Assembly (NCBI RefSeq): GCF_009914755.1
Contig: NC_060925.1
Length of the DNA: 64,000 bases
Reading direction: 5' to 3' (one strand)
Source of the DNA: the human T2T-CHM13v2.0 reference genome, Homo sapiens
In this document: one piece after another, positions 1-13,731 of the stretch
Layout: the number at the start of each line of letters is the position of its first letter
Numbering within the stretch: the first letter of the stretch is position 1
Notes under the pieces: generated by a model
Database searches by the model: none
What the model was told of the DNA's origin: nothing
What the model saw: the letters and a program-made list of their open reading frames with translations, nothing else
Made by a program: the position numbers and the translations under genes

Positions 1-208
1 CTAAAAATACAAAAAATTAGCTGGACATGGTGGTTCATGCAGGTAATCCCAGATACTCAGGAGGCTGAAACACAAGAATTGCTTGAACCCACGAGCCAGA
101 GGTTGCCAGGAGCCAAGATCATGCCATTGTACACCAGCCTGCACAAAAGAGTGAGACTGTCTCAAAAAGAAAAAAAAAGAAAAGAAAAGAAAAGAAAAGG
201 AAAAAAAA
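1..208 (+). mobile_element. Alu SINE, right arm and A-rich tail (cut by window start)
   Basis: CTAAAAATACAAAAAATTAGCTGG linker, GAATTGCTTGAACCC, GAGTGAGACTGTCTC, then an (A/GAAAA)n tail. Confidence 0.95.
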
Positions 209-349
209 GCTAGAAATTGATAATTTACCTTCAAATCAGTAATAAAATGCCTAGGAGCTAACTTCTCAAGAAGTGATCCAAGGCAAAAGAAATTGCTGTT
301 GTATCTTTAAAGTGGTGACAAAAATTAAATTTTTAAATAGAGTTCTATA

Positions 350-1090
350 CGCAGTAAATATACTTTAGATATAAAATGAAATGAAGGCATTTTCAAAAAT
401 AAACAAATCTGAGAAAATTAATAGCCAGCAAAATTTTCACTAAGACTAATAAGGAAAGCTCATTAGATAGAGGAATTATGTTCCAAATAGAAATGTGATA
501 ATAAAGAATAGAATGTAAATCACCAGGAAGTGTAAATATGTGAGAAGTGTAAATTAATATTGACATTTTAAAACAACATTTAGAAATTTATGGTGAGTGT
601 TAAACTATAGGTGGAATGAATATAAAATACATGTCAATGACAGCACAGCAACCATTAAAGGAACAAAAGGAATATAATGTTGTACGGTTCCTACATTACC
701 CGAAACATGGTAAAAATGCCAACATAAGGTAGACTTTGTAAAAAGACAATGTCGTTGTTGTTATCTTTTCAGAAATTGCTAAATGAATACCAGAGAGCTA
801 GAAAAAAATGAATTGATGAATCAAAAACAACGCAAGAAAAGTGAAAGAAATAAAAATATTTTTGACATATAGGAAATGAATATCGATATGATGGATTTAA
901 CCCAAATATGGGAGTACTTACATTAAGATGCAGGCACAAAAATAAAACAAAATTTGTTGGAAGTTGTTGGAATTGATTGAAAAATACATGCTGCATACAA
1001 GACTGATATCTTAAACATAATGACTCAGAATGTTTCAAAATAAAAAGATGAAAAAAAGATATTTCACAAAAAGACAAATAAAAAATCACT
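350..1090 (+). mobile_element. Old L1M fragment (ORF1 end, inter-ORF region, ORF2 endonuclease start)
   Basis: A-rich; GAAGGCATTTTCAAAAATAAACAAATCTGAGAAAATTAATAGCCAGCA resembles the L1 ORF1 C-terminus and TGCTGCATACAAGA resembles the EN 'CCLQE' motif; highly diverged. Confidence 0.65.
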
Positions 1091-1149
1091 AGTTCACTGG
1101 TTCAGAGACATAATCCCTTCTCAGAAAGGTCATAGTATTTTATTTATTT

Positions 1150-1285
1150 ATGTCTCTCTCCACCTGCTTGCCAACAAGAATAAAATCTACCTAAGGAAAG
1201 CTGTACATGGATTCTCTAACTACATAATCTAGAAGACTACTTGGCACATAGGAAATGCTCAGTAAGTATTTAAAAACATTTTGTT
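1150..1285 (+). mobile_element. L2 LINE 3' end
   Basis: CTAGAAGACTACTTGGCACATAGGAAATGCTCAGTAAGTATTT matches the L2/MIR-shared 3' terminal motif. Confidence 0.55.
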
Positions 1286-1983
1286 ATTTATTACCTGTAT
1301 ACCAGTCTAATCTTCATTTTTATCCCCAAATGCTATTTCATTATACTAATTATTCTGAGGCACCTCTCTCTTCTCCTTCTCAACCTGCCTAGTCTTACCT
1401 GCACTTTTCATGTGAACCCTTTATTCTTTAATATATGGCTAAACTCTAATCCTGGATGAAATCTAGTTTGTCTTTCCCTTATACTTGGGTGAGTTTGAAC
1501 AATGCCTGATGCTCTTACGATGTCCTATAATCAATTCAATATGATATTTTAAACTCTTCTCCATCTTTATATGGTCTACCATCTCACTTCTCTGAATATA
1601 AGATCACTTTCTATAACTGAAAAAATGTAAATAGAAAATAAAAGAAAAAAACTATTATCTATCTATTGCCATACCAGATTTATATGTATGTGGATAGAAT
1701 TTAAGCATATGAAAAATTTCAGTTTCTATCCGCAATAGCTTAAAATGTTCAGAAAATATATGCAGTTCAAATAGACTTAAAGCAAAACTGATTCTCCTTA
1801 ATGAAGACTAAAATCAACCTTCAGCAAAGTACAAGTGCTGATTTTCTTTAGCCTAGGATGCAGAAAATTGTGTGGGCCAGGCCTAGGACCTAATAGTCAG
1901 AGTGTCCAAACTCTAAGAACGGTTAATGCCCAACCAAGGAAGCTCTGTTATGTGTATCAAAGTCCAGCTTTTCTGTTGCACCA

Positions 1984-3301
1984 GTAATTGCGGTTTTAGA
2001 CCATGAATTTTAAATCACTGTAACTAGGCTCAAACACAACTTTATTAATCAAAATAGGAACCATTACAATCAACACATTTTTGCCAATGAGAAATAAGTT
2101 TGTTTATTCCTGTAGCATAGAAATTCATGCTTTGGGATTTGAAGAATTCTTGGAAAGCATTTTCTGCATCCTGCTGGTTGTGGAAACATTTTCCCTGCAA
2201 AAAGTTGTCGAGATGTTTGACGAAGTGGTGGTTGGTGAGAGGTAAGGTGAATATGGTGGATGAGACAAAACTTCATAGCCCAATTCATTCAACTTTTGAA
2301 TGGATTCATTCAACTTTTGAATGAATTCATTCAACAACTTTTGAATTCAATTCACTCAACTTCTGAAGTGTTGGTTGTGTGATGGCCATTGTTGTGAAGA
2401 ATTGAGCTCTTTCTGTTGACAAATGCCGGCTACAGGGGTTGCAGTTTTTGTTGCATCTCATAGATTGCTGAGCATACTTCTCAGATGTAATGGTTTTGAT
2501 GAGATTCAGAAAGCTGTAATGGATCAGACCTGCAGCAGACCACCAAACAGTGACCATGAACTTTTGTGTGTGTGTGTATGCAAACTTGTCTTTGGGAAAT
2601 GCTTTGATGTTTCTTCTTGGCCCAACTACTAAGCCAGTCATTGCTGGTAGTTGTATAAAATCCACTTTTCTCCACACATCACAATCCAATTAAGAAATAG
2701 TTTATTGATTTTCTGTAGAATAAGAGAAAATGACACTTCAAAACGATGATTTTTAAAATTTTTGCTCAGCTCATGAGGTACCCACTTTTCGAGATTTTAA
2801 CCTTTCCAATTCACTTCAAATGCCGAATGACTATAGAATGGTCTATGTTAAGTCCTTCGGCAACTTCTTGTGTAGTTGTAAGAGGATCAGCTTCGATGAT
2901 TGCTCTCAACTGGTCATTGTCAACTTCTAATGGCCAGCCACTATGCTCCTCATCTTTAAGGCTCTTGTCTCCTGTGCAAAACTTCTTGAACCACCACCGC
3001 ACTGGACATGTGTTAGCAGTTCCTGAGTCAAATGCATTGTCGATGTTGAGAGTTGTCTCTGCTGCTTTACGACCCATTTTGAACTTGAATCAGAACATTT
3101 CTCAAATTTGCTTTTTGTCTAACATCATTTTCATAGCCTACAATAAATATAAACAGCAAGTAATAATTCTCAAGCAAAAAAAGCTAGAAATGTACATTAA
3201 AATGATATATATCATAACCACATTTATTTAAGAATGTATTTCAATATCAAATGGCAAATTTCAACAATGCAAAAACCACATTTACTTTTACAACAACCTA
3301 A
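1984..3301 (-). mobile_element. Hsmar1 mariner DNA transposon, near full length, defective
   Basis: Right TIR AAAAACCACATTTACTTTTACAACAACCTAA followed by TA; partial left TIR GTAATTGCGGTTTT; transposase motifs on the minus strand. Confidence 0.96.
2045..3134 (-). pseudogene. Hsmar1 (SETMAR-type) transposase pseudogene with stops and frameshifts
   Basis: MKMMLDKKQI*, MGRKAAETT...WWFKKFC...DNDQLRAIIEADPLTTT, MVTVWWSAAGLIHYSFLN, QKLNELGYEVLSHPPYSP, ending QKCVDCNGSYFD*. Confidence 0.93.
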
Positions 3302-5486
3302 TAGAACTCCGATAACTGAGATGGGTACATCTAAATGGATGCCTAAGAAAATTTTGAAACTCTGGACGCCTAAACCATTGGAGCTTGGAAAAGTAGCTCA
3401 TCTCTCTCTTAAGTAACTACAGAATGCTGACTTAAAGGCAGTGAAAAGGCCTGTCTCCTATCAAACAATATTTTTTCCTTCAGGATTTGCCCATCCTTCC
3501 CTGCTATACACTGGACTTAACTAATGTTAAGTCACAAAATAACCCAACTCACAACTGTGCAGCCTCATGAGGAAGGAAAGTGACTGTATCAGAAAAATAT
3601 CTAGTCAGTATGTAGCTGGGGGAGCACAAGTAGAATTTGATTTTGATAATTCTTGATCCGGGGAATAGAATACAAGGTTGAATATGACATAATTTACTTA
3701 TTTAGGATAAAATTTTCAAGATACAAATTTTAATACTCTGTCAAGGGTCCCAAGGGATAGTATAAAGTGGTTACTAGGATAGATCTAGAAGGTGGAAAAG
3801 GAATAAACACGCTAAATGAAGTCAAAATTCCAACATTCCCATTGCAGATACTAGAAGAAGTCATTTAAAGGGTCAGGGAAATTGAACTGCTTGAATGGTT
3901 TTACTGTAGAAAGTCTTGCCAGATGACTATATTCCATAGGAAGACCTAGAAAAGTCAATATTTGTCAAGGCCATAAAAAATAGAATCATTAAAATGTTCA
4001 TTAATGAGAAGGGCACCAGCATGTTCACTGGCTTCTCTCCTCTCCATCAGTAACTCAGGGCTGATGGCAGGAGAGTCAGTTATAAAACCAGGAACAATAA
4101 CAGAAGTAGAAATTAGTGAATGCCAAAACTGTAGTGATATAGTAAATGTGCTTAGCAACCAGAAGCCAGGTGGGTGCAATTATTGTAAAGAGCAGCAGAG
4201 TTAGATTAGCAGCCAAGAGTCCCACCTAACCCACAGATATTTACATAGGCAGCAAAAAAAGAGTATTATTTAGCCTGTACAATGAAGAGAAATCAAGGAG
4301 AGATGACCTTTGATTTTTGTATCTTAAAGCACCACAATTACCTGCTAAGATTGCAGATCTGATCTCATTTTCAGACCCATAACAATTTTATCAAATTAAG
4401 GCCAGATCTTCAGAAGACATAGCCTGCAACACCATCACAAAAAGACATGCTAATGATTCTTCCAGCCTCCCTTAAGAAGGACTCATGACCATTTACTTGG
4501 GCAACTCCATTAAAAAAAGGAAAATGCCCAAACATTTAGAGAATTGTTTTCCTGAGGGTATCCTCTGACATTAATACCTGAAGATTTGAAGCACCATTGT
4601 GGCTCCCTTTTAGACTAGAGACTTTTGATGCCAGGTAATAAGTTTGTTCCTTGACATGATGCAGCAAACAGTGGGTCCACTAGGTCCTGAAACCCATCTG
4701 TTAGTCATTTCCCAGGTTCAAGACTTTATGATTGGGGTTTTTATAACTAGTTGTTGATGTACTTCCCACATTAGGCACTTGGGCTGTAAGATAAGAGCTA
4801 TCAGAAAGAGTGATACCAAATGGAAGCCTCTATAACTAACAACCAAGATAATAAACTAAAAGTAATATTACATCCTGGGGTAAGATGGCAGACATCATTG
4901 CACCTTGTAGGGTCTAAAGAATACAGGGGTGGTAGCCTTCAACATTTCTTTAATAAATTTATCGTCTGGTTGCTGCAGAAACCAGATTGATCCCAGAGAA
5001 TGACAATAGACTATCCAAAATTTAGTCAAGTTTTAGTCCCAATTGCAACTGCTGTGTCATATGTTGTATTGTTTTTTCTCGAGAAGATTAATACAATCTC
5101 AAGTACATGCTAAAAGCCACCAATTTGAGAAATAATTATTTTCCATTCTGATTAGAAAACAGATCAGAAACAGCACTCACATGAAATGGACAACAATATA
5201 CATTTACAGTTTTGTTGTAAATCAACCTTCAGCAATACTACAGAGAGAACTGAATCTTCTAGATATCACTCTCAACATCACATTGATTCATATGACATTG
5301 ATATAGCAAGAAGAAAGAAATAGGAGATGTGCTTATTTGGACCTTTTTCTCCAGGTAATATTGTATCATTTAAAGCTTTTAAGAAGAAGAATGGCTTGGT
5401 TGGAATTACACTTTAAATAAAATGCTGAGATCTTCATGGGGAACAGGTTTTACCTAAATACAGCTTGAGATGTGATAAGATAATCA

Positions 5487-5599
5487 GGAAGAAAGAGAGA
5501 GAGAAGAAAGAAAGAGAGAAGAAGGAAAGAGGAAGGAAGGAAGGCAAAAAGGAAGCAAGAAGGGAGGAAGGAAAGAAAAAAGGAAGGGAGGAAGGGAAA
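5487..5599. repeat. GA-rich simple repeat ((GGAA)n/(GA)n)
   Basis: Almost pure purine tract. Confidence 0.9.
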
Positions 5600-5644
5600 T
5601 ATCTCAGTGAGTTATAATAAATAGCCCCTGGTAGATATAAATGA

Positions 5645-5950
5645 ATGTTGTGTCAAAATCCTAGCAAGGCATGGGACCTGGCATACTCAATTGAGATGAA
5701 GAGGAAACAGATATATACTCAATATGAACAAAGATAATTTAATGAAGACACAATTTCGAAGTATTTAAAGTTATGAAAAATAAGCAAGCATTGCTGAGGT
5801 ACTTAATAAGAACTCCTAGAAATTGGAAGTCTTAGTATATTTGGCCTGGGGGCAGGAGGAGGGAACAGGGCAAGTGGAGTTTAGATGAGAACTGTGGGAG
5901 AAGGGTCATCAGAAAGAGGTTCTAGTCTTAAAGATCCCAAACTACTGTCT
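5645..5950 (-). mobile_element. Ancient ERVL LTR fragment (LTR33-like)
   Basis: GGCATACTCAA / AGGAAACAGAT...ATTTAATGAAGACACAATTT resembles the reverse complement of the LTR33 3' end seen at about 47.85 kb. Confidence 0.4.
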
Positions 5951-5974
5951 GTGCCATGTGGTAAATTGGAGAGG

Positions 5975-6076
5975 ATATATGTATTTACACATGTACACAC
6001 ACATACATACACCACACACACATATACACACGTGTTACGTATATATATGTGTGTATATATGTTATATACTTATATA
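5975..6076. repeat. Mixed (CA)/(TA) microsatellite
   Basis: Degenerate dinucleotide runs. Confidence 0.85.
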
Positions 6077-6579
6077 AATAATTTCTAGTAGGGATGGACA
6101 CTGTAGGAACGATAGAGAAACAAGTGTTTTCTCTCTTTCATGTTTACCCTTTTCTCTCCAACATGATGTGTTTAGGAAGGGTCAGCAAGAAAACTATCAG
6201 CTGGGAGAATACAGCAGGATAAATCTCTGCCAAAGCCCTGAGGGAAGACAGTGTGTCAGAGGAAATCTTGAAACAGAGGCCTATATAAAATACGTTTTCT
6301 ACTGGGAAAGGTAGGAAGGTCTGGCAGCTCGCCTCTGCCAGTGTCATCTGTGGTATCACACATGGTGGAACTGGTGAGAGCCACTACGTATCTCAGCCCT
6401 CATAAGCTGATAATTAAAATCATGCTTGCACACCATTTTAGATGACTTATTTTTAATACACCATTCTTTTGAATGTTTTCAGGCAGAACTTATTAAAATG
6501 TCATATCATGCACTGTAACAATTGTTGAACAGGGTCTTAGACCAAGTGTTGCTTGATCTTGATGTCATCTGCACATTAA

Positions 6580-6810
6580 TAGCTATTTTAAATTGAGTAG
6601 CTATCTACTGTATTAAAAATACGGTAATGAGTGCTTTTCATTCTTTATCTGATTCAATCTTTACCATACTTTGAGGTATTTATTATTAACTATAGTAGTT
6701 TCAAGTGAGAAGACTAAAGCTAAGAGAGGATAATTGAAGGTAGTATAGAAAGTAAGTAAACTCATTGATTTTTGATTCAAGGTTTTTATGTTTAATGACT
6801 CAGCAACAGT
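6580..6810 (-). mobile_element. MIR SINE
   Basis: Reverse-strand MIR core: TTTCAAGTGAGAAGACTAAAGCTAAGAGAGG. Confidence 0.6.
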
Positions 6811-7013
6811 TTTTATATGACCAGATTATGTAATGCAATTAAAAAGATAAACATTTTACTCAAAAATAGTTATGCAAGACTGTATGTAATCAAATAAAAA
6901 CAGTTTTGCCCAGAAAACAAATGATTATGGGGTTAACTGATAACAATACAAAACAAAGACGTTAGCATTGTTAGAAATAATTTGTGAGATGTTAAAGAGT
7001 AGACATTATTCGA

Positions 7014-7309
<296 letters not shown>

Positions 7310-10300
7310 GCCCATTATTTGAATTTGTAAGAATGAGTGAGATGGTTTAAGAATCTTTAAAGACAGAATAAATATTGTTGATGTCTTGGACATTCTCCTT
7401 CCTAAAGCTGATCTCAAGTGAGTCACAATTTTATCTCTGTGATTTCGTGTTTTATTGTACTTACATTTTCCTTAATTTCTTACCAAAATTATTTATTTGT
7501 GCTTGGTAAATAAGAAAACATTTGTAATGCTTGCAAAATTGAGATTTTCCGATTAGATATAAAGGAAAGAAACTTATTCTATGCCTATCTGTGTCTTATT
7601 TGTTCAACCTGATGAAATTTCATAAATCACAGAGTACCTTTGGGCCACAATAATCAAAGAGCTTCCCTAAAAGTAGACTACAATAATTATACTATAATAC
7701 TTGCTATTTAAAATATCTTATATTACATAAATGATAAACTATAGTATTTAGTAATAAAAGGCTTGATTCTGTTATTTTTATGAGTAGGAATATTTTCAAA
7801 GTTGAAATTACTTTCCTATGCCTTTTCCTTCATAACAATCTGACAGCTGATCTGTGAATTTGTGTCACAGTTGGATGGTGTGCACCCATCTAAGAAATGA
7901 CAAAAATAGAGACCTCTTGGAACAGATGGAAGGCACCCATGGATGGTTTCATCCACCTAGGGGATTGATAAATTAACTGAGGAGTTTGGGTTCTGATATT
8001 GAAATAGTGGCTTGCTAGCATTGCTGCAGAAGTAAGTCATCGATGACAGCTGCTGTTTTTAAGTATTTTAAACTCTTAGGGATGTCTGAGTTCTCAAGGC
8101 TCTTTATTTTACATTTGGAAGTTTCTTGTTTGCTTTTGTTGCTTTTTTCTTTGTTGCTGTTTTCTTTTTAAAATTTTTCTTAAGTGTTCTTATGGTGAGG
8201 AGGAAATATGTTGGAGTATGAATGGGAGTAGAGATAATACATTATGGTTAAGTAAAAGAAGGGGCTATTTATAAACTAAATACAGTAAGCAGTTTTGAGT
8301 GTTGCATTTTCATTGATTATTCTATTAAAACTTCTCATTCATAAGGTTCTTTTGTTAGAAACCCTCTAATATTACCCTATGACACCTGCCTCTCCTATAT
8401 TCCTAATTGTACGAAATCCAGTATACCTAATTTGGGATTTCTCTGCCTCCCACCATTTCATTTCCTTTTTTCCCAGAATGTCTAGGATTATTTCTATAAT
8501 GAAAACAAAATTACCTTATATATATATCATCTAGCCTTGTTTTATTTTTTAAGAAATTCCTAACCCTATGATTCCACCCTGATTTTGTGTTTAGATTATT
8601 TTTGATTGCTTTGAAGTCTGATTTTAGGCCGTATTGGTCCATACCCTCCTTTTTAAGTTCTTAATGAATTAGGATGATAAATTTAAGCATTTTTTAAGTT
8701 ATTCTGTCACATCTCACTTCCTTATCTACCATCCCAATTAGTAATATGTAAAGCTAAATTACACATTAATTAAATTCATGGATATTTCTAAATTGGGAGT
8801 AGTCATTAACTGAAGAAGGAACAGTAACACAAAGTGTTATAATGACATAGAAACGTGAGAAGAAAAAATTTTAAGAATTGTTCAACTTGAGAAAATGTGA
8901 TTTGTTAAGTAAAGAATAGAACAGGGCTTTTAGCTGTCTTTTCTTTTATTAAAAATGTTTGCACATATATAAATTCTGATTACAACCCTAGAGAGTGATG
9001 AACAGGTAATGATTGTTTACTTGAGCTTTGGAATATAGGGAACCTTTGGTTGCCAGTACATAATACCCTATCTGCATAAGACCATGTGGAGTAAATTACA
9101 GCTATCTGTCACTACACTGATTGCTCGTTTTCTTTCAGGTTGCATTTAAGGTGTAATTTATTTGAATATATAACACTATCTCACTATTTGGAGCAATGTA
9201 CATGATCTTTAAGACAGGAACTGTAGCTCACAGCTGTTGAAATGAACAAGATTTGTGTTAAAGCTAATAACATTTATTTTTACCTCAACTTCCCTCCCAA
9301 TGTATGTTGATTTAAAGAAATACTAGGGACACATATTTTATTTATTAATTTTCCTAATCATGGTTATCTTAATCAAAAACATTAACAGAAACATAAATAA
9401 ACAACATAATTTTCTAAGGGTAATTGGATAATAATAATACCAGAACATAGTAAGTGCTTACATGTTAAGCAGTTATAATAATGAGAAAAATGTGCATAGC
9501 ACATATATAACAAATGTATACAAATTGAGATGATCAAGAAACAATCTTCATTTAAGTATGAATAAACAATTACATTCAATTAATGAAATAATGAGAAAGT
9601 CATGGCATTTTGCAACTTAAGTAGGTGACATTAAAAAACAAAAAAAAATTAAGAGCTGAAAGAGCTACAGGGAAATTCAATCTACAAAATAATAAAAGAT
9701 TATATTAGTAAATAATCTTAGTTTTTGGCTAAGAGAATTGTGACAAAGAAGTGAATTATCATAGTTTATGGGTAGAACTAAAGCCTCCAGTTAAGTACCT
9801 TGAATTACATTTTAATGCTATAGCCACTGTACCCTATGGCCATCATACTGCATTCCATAGGGCCCATATTTCTCTTATATCTAGATGTTAATAACTCATC
9901 ACTAAAACAGCAATGATCTGTAGCTCATTGGAACTTGGATGAATCTATCAACCATGAAAACAACCTTTTTCTCAGCAACTTCCTGAAGATTATAATGTAT
10001 ATGGTATTCCTGTTTTGAAGAACTTGCAACTAGGCTCTACGGATTTAAAAATTTCGAAAAATACAACAAAAATAAGTAGTGGTAGTTGTTCATCTCTATA
10101 TAACTATTTTTGAAAAAATATTATATTTAATTTCAGAAGAGAAAGAGTTCACTAAATAGAATCATTGGTTAAGGCTTTATCATTTGATAGATAAACTTCA
10201 AAGCACAGTAAACTACGAATCAGTAAAAAAGAAGAGAAAAGCATTATACACGGAGGGACTTGAATTAAAAACTACTTAGCTATAGAAAAAGTATTTTATT

Positions 10301-11149
10301 TATCATGGATAATTTTATTTAAATATATATTATTTTAGATATATTATGAGGACTGTTCATAAAACAGTTTTAATTAGAGAATAATTTATTACTTTAAACT
10401 TTCAGATATCTTTGAGTTTTTGATATCCAGAAGGCAATGTTCTAAGTCTTGCAAGGAAATTAAGAGCAGCTTTGTAGAAAAAATTTGGAAATACATTTTA
10501 TACCCTGTTCAAACATTCCACCTGAGCCTTCAGCAATATGAATGATTTCAACAGCAATGGCCTTAAAATTTGACCAATGAAATAAACTGAGTTCTCAATT
10601 AGGTAGTAACATCGCCATAGACTATTACTTTGTGGACATGCATGAATTAAGCAGATATATAATTAAATTTTTGGTATTTGATCAGATGGATTGCTACTCA
10701 TTAAGGCTGAACAGAGCTCCATAAAATGGATTTGCAAGGAAATTCCATGTTGCTTCCATAAATTGTGGCATTTAAGAGAAAGTCTGAATCAGTAAAACTC
10801 ATTTTTGGGAGCATACACAAGCAATTACTTCTTGGTATAATTTAGCTAACTCCTCATCTTCTCTGTTTCTTCAGTGTCATTCTTGATCTGATGACTATGT
10901 TTCTCTTATTATATTTCAAAACCTACCCCATAGACAAGACCGAGACCAAAAGTTGCATTTGGTATATTTATTACTTGCTTTCTTCACGTGCCTACATGGT
11001 CGAGTACAGCTAAATCTACCTCCATTATTCTTTATTCAGATACTAACACTGATTTAATAAAGTTGAGTTCTTTCTTATTTATAGCCAGCCAACTTCCAGC
11101 TTCTACTAGCAAATTGCCCTAATTTGAACTCTGACATTCAATATAAGCA

Positions 11150-11970
11150 TTTAAATTTTGTGGGCATAAGTATGGAACAAGGAAAGTAATATTTTAGAAG
11201 ATTAATGTATGTAAAATGTGCAGAATGAATTGAAACAGTGTGGAAAAGAAGAAAATAGTCTGTTACAACAGTTCAAACCTGGGGTGACATTGGCCTGAGC
11301 TGAGTGAATATTGTAACTGTACTGAGAAAAGCACAGATTTAAGTGCAATAATAATTTAAAGGGAAAAATCAACAGGACCTAGTGCTGACTACAGGAAAAA
11401 AATATAAAAGAAAAAATGCAGCCTTGTTTTGGAACCCTGTAATTAACAGGCACAAGAATCAAAAGAAGAAACTGAGAAACCCAGAGAAGCACGTGATTCA
11501 TGGTAACAGATAGAGTTGACTTATACATGCGGAATTTCAGGCTAAAGCATCCAGGTGGAGACATTCTGTATGACATTCAAAATCAGAATTATGAATAAAA
11601 ATTCAGGACTGGAGATTTATACTTGTAAGTTATAAATGCAGGAATAATACACAAATCTACTGTGGTAGATAAGATCTAAAAATAAAAGAGAAGGTACTGA
11701 AAAGGGGCTGAAAATTAAGGGTTTAATTGACAAAAGTGGTAAGACTAGAGCCAGTAAAAGACACACAGAAGAAAGACCAAATGACAAAAGGAAAGCAAAT
11801 ATAGTGTGATTTTAAAGATCCCAAGAAGGAATATCAAAAGCAAAACAAAAAATGGAGTTGGGGAAGAGAAAGAGAAAGAAAATAAAGGAAGATAATAAGA
11901 TTCAACAACTTTTAAGGTATCTGGCAGGTTTCAAGAAGTGAAGGCTAAGGAAGATCAGTTTCTACTTGAA
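11150..11970 (-). mobile_element. L2 LINE fragment
   Basis: Purine-rich; CATCCAGGTGGAGACATT...CAGGACTGGAGATTTATACTTG is typical of antisense L2. Confidence 0.7.
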
Positions 11971-12480
11971 GATCAAAAGTAACACTGAAATTCTGGGTAT
12001 AACATAACAGTTATATTTAGCATTCAATTTACATGTATTAGTGATCATATCTAGAAATAAGGAATGCATAGTATTAAAATGAACAAAAAATCCACAGACA
12101 TACACACATATGCACACAAAACCTTATTGTGAGTCTTACAAAAAATTACAAGCAGTTGCATTGATTGGTTGTTGTCTTAACTTCTTTAGGTTAATTATAG
12201 AAGCTTAAGGGTGTCTAGTAAAGAACAAAAAACATTATGTTAAGAACATTTTTTTCTATTAGTGCTTTCTTTTAATTGTTTTTAAAAAAAGTTCTTATTA
12301 ACAAAATTGTATCTTAGAAATGTTGCAATTAAATGTAGTTAATTGAAATTTTAAAATAATGGTATAAAATATGAAAACAGTAAATAATAAATGATATTTT
12401 GACCTGGAAGGTAGCTGAAAAGTTTAATAATAGGTTAGAATGAAACTTTTGAAAATATTTTGAAAAACAGAAGTGATTAA

Positions 12481-12843
<363 letters not shown>

Positions 12844-13031
12844 TGACCTTAGTTTGAGAAAATATGTATTATATTTTGCAAATTATACAGGATGCCTAAG
12901 TAATTAGCTCTAGGTTGAACAAAATCAGTAATTAATTTAAGAATAAGGTTTTATGTATCCTAGTGAAGGCACCTTACAAAAGTTATTTTTACTTAAAAAG
13001 ATCAACCCCTACTTCACTCTCAAGTATTTTG

Positions 13032-13605
13032 AGAACTTAAAACAGAGTTCCTATTCAACCCAGCAACCCTGGTACTGGAGAGATACCCCAAGGAAAATAA
13101 ACAATTCTACCAAAAAGACACACGCATTTGTATGCTCATTGCTGTGCTGTTTCCAATAGCAAAGACATACAATCAACCCAGGTGTCCATCAGTGGCAGAC
13201 TGGATAAAGAAAATGTGATACATATACAACATGGAATACTACACAGCCATAAAAAATAATGAAGTCATGTCATTTGCAGCAACATGGAAGCAGTTGGAGG
13301 CCATAATCCCAGGAAATTTAAGGCAGGAACAGAAAACCAAATACCACATGTTCTCACTTATAACTGGGAGCTAAACACTGAGGACACGTGAACGTACACA
13401 TGGGCACAATAGAGAGTATAGACAACCAGAGGAGGCAGAAAGGGAAGGGTCATAGGTTGAAAAACTACCTATTGGGTTCTGTGTTCACTACCTGGGTGAT
13501 AGGATCTATACCCCAAACCTCAGCAGCATAAAATATTCTCATGTAACAAACCTGCGCACATATCCCCTGTGTCTCAAATAAAAGTAGAAAGTTAAAAAGA
13601 GAAAA
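13032..13605 (+). mobile_element. L1 3' end (L1PA15-17-like)
   Basis: ORF2 end CATGTTCTCACTTATAACTGGGAGCTAA; 3'UTR GGTTGAAAAACTACCTATTGGG...CATGTAACAAACCTGCGCAC, AATAAA. Confidence 0.9.
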
Positions 13606-13731
13606 CTTATTTGGCTCCCAGGCACACTCATAACATACATAAGATTTTTTATAGCAGAGCAATAGAAAGGGCTGAAATTATGTCAGGATTTACAAATTTG
13701 TTTATATCATTCAAAATGATTATATAAGTCC

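Larger units (their letters stand above)
1830..5330 (+). mobile_element. Ancient ERVL-class internal region (HERV16/ERV3-16A3-like), degraded gag-protease-RT, interrupted by Hsmar1
   Basis: About 4965-5215 reads as degraded ERVL RT (VWLLQKPD*SQRMTIDYPKFSQVLVPIATAV..., NGQQYTFTVL). Protease-like LTLIPEDLKHHCG lies at about 4565-4605, with gag-like sequence on both sides of Hsmar1. No LTR recognised. Confidence 0.75.

Noticed and set aside
2283-2370. CRISPR-like array (palindromic direct repeats)
   Set aside because: The repeats are contiguous without unique spacers, lie inside a eukaryotic transposon, and no cas genes are present.
2045-3134. SETMAR gene
   Set aside because: The transposase has stops, frameshifts and a tandem insertion, and there are no SET-domain exons. 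It is an ordinary Hsmar1 fossil.
9831-9861. Inverted repeat CCCTATGG...CCATAGGG
   Set aside because: A single 8-bp stem in a probable diverged MIR; within chance expectation.
10640-10765. Homeodomain motif cluster (TAATTAA, CCATAAA twice)
   Set aside because: Such motifs are expected frequently in DNA this AT-rich and cannot be supported without conservation data.
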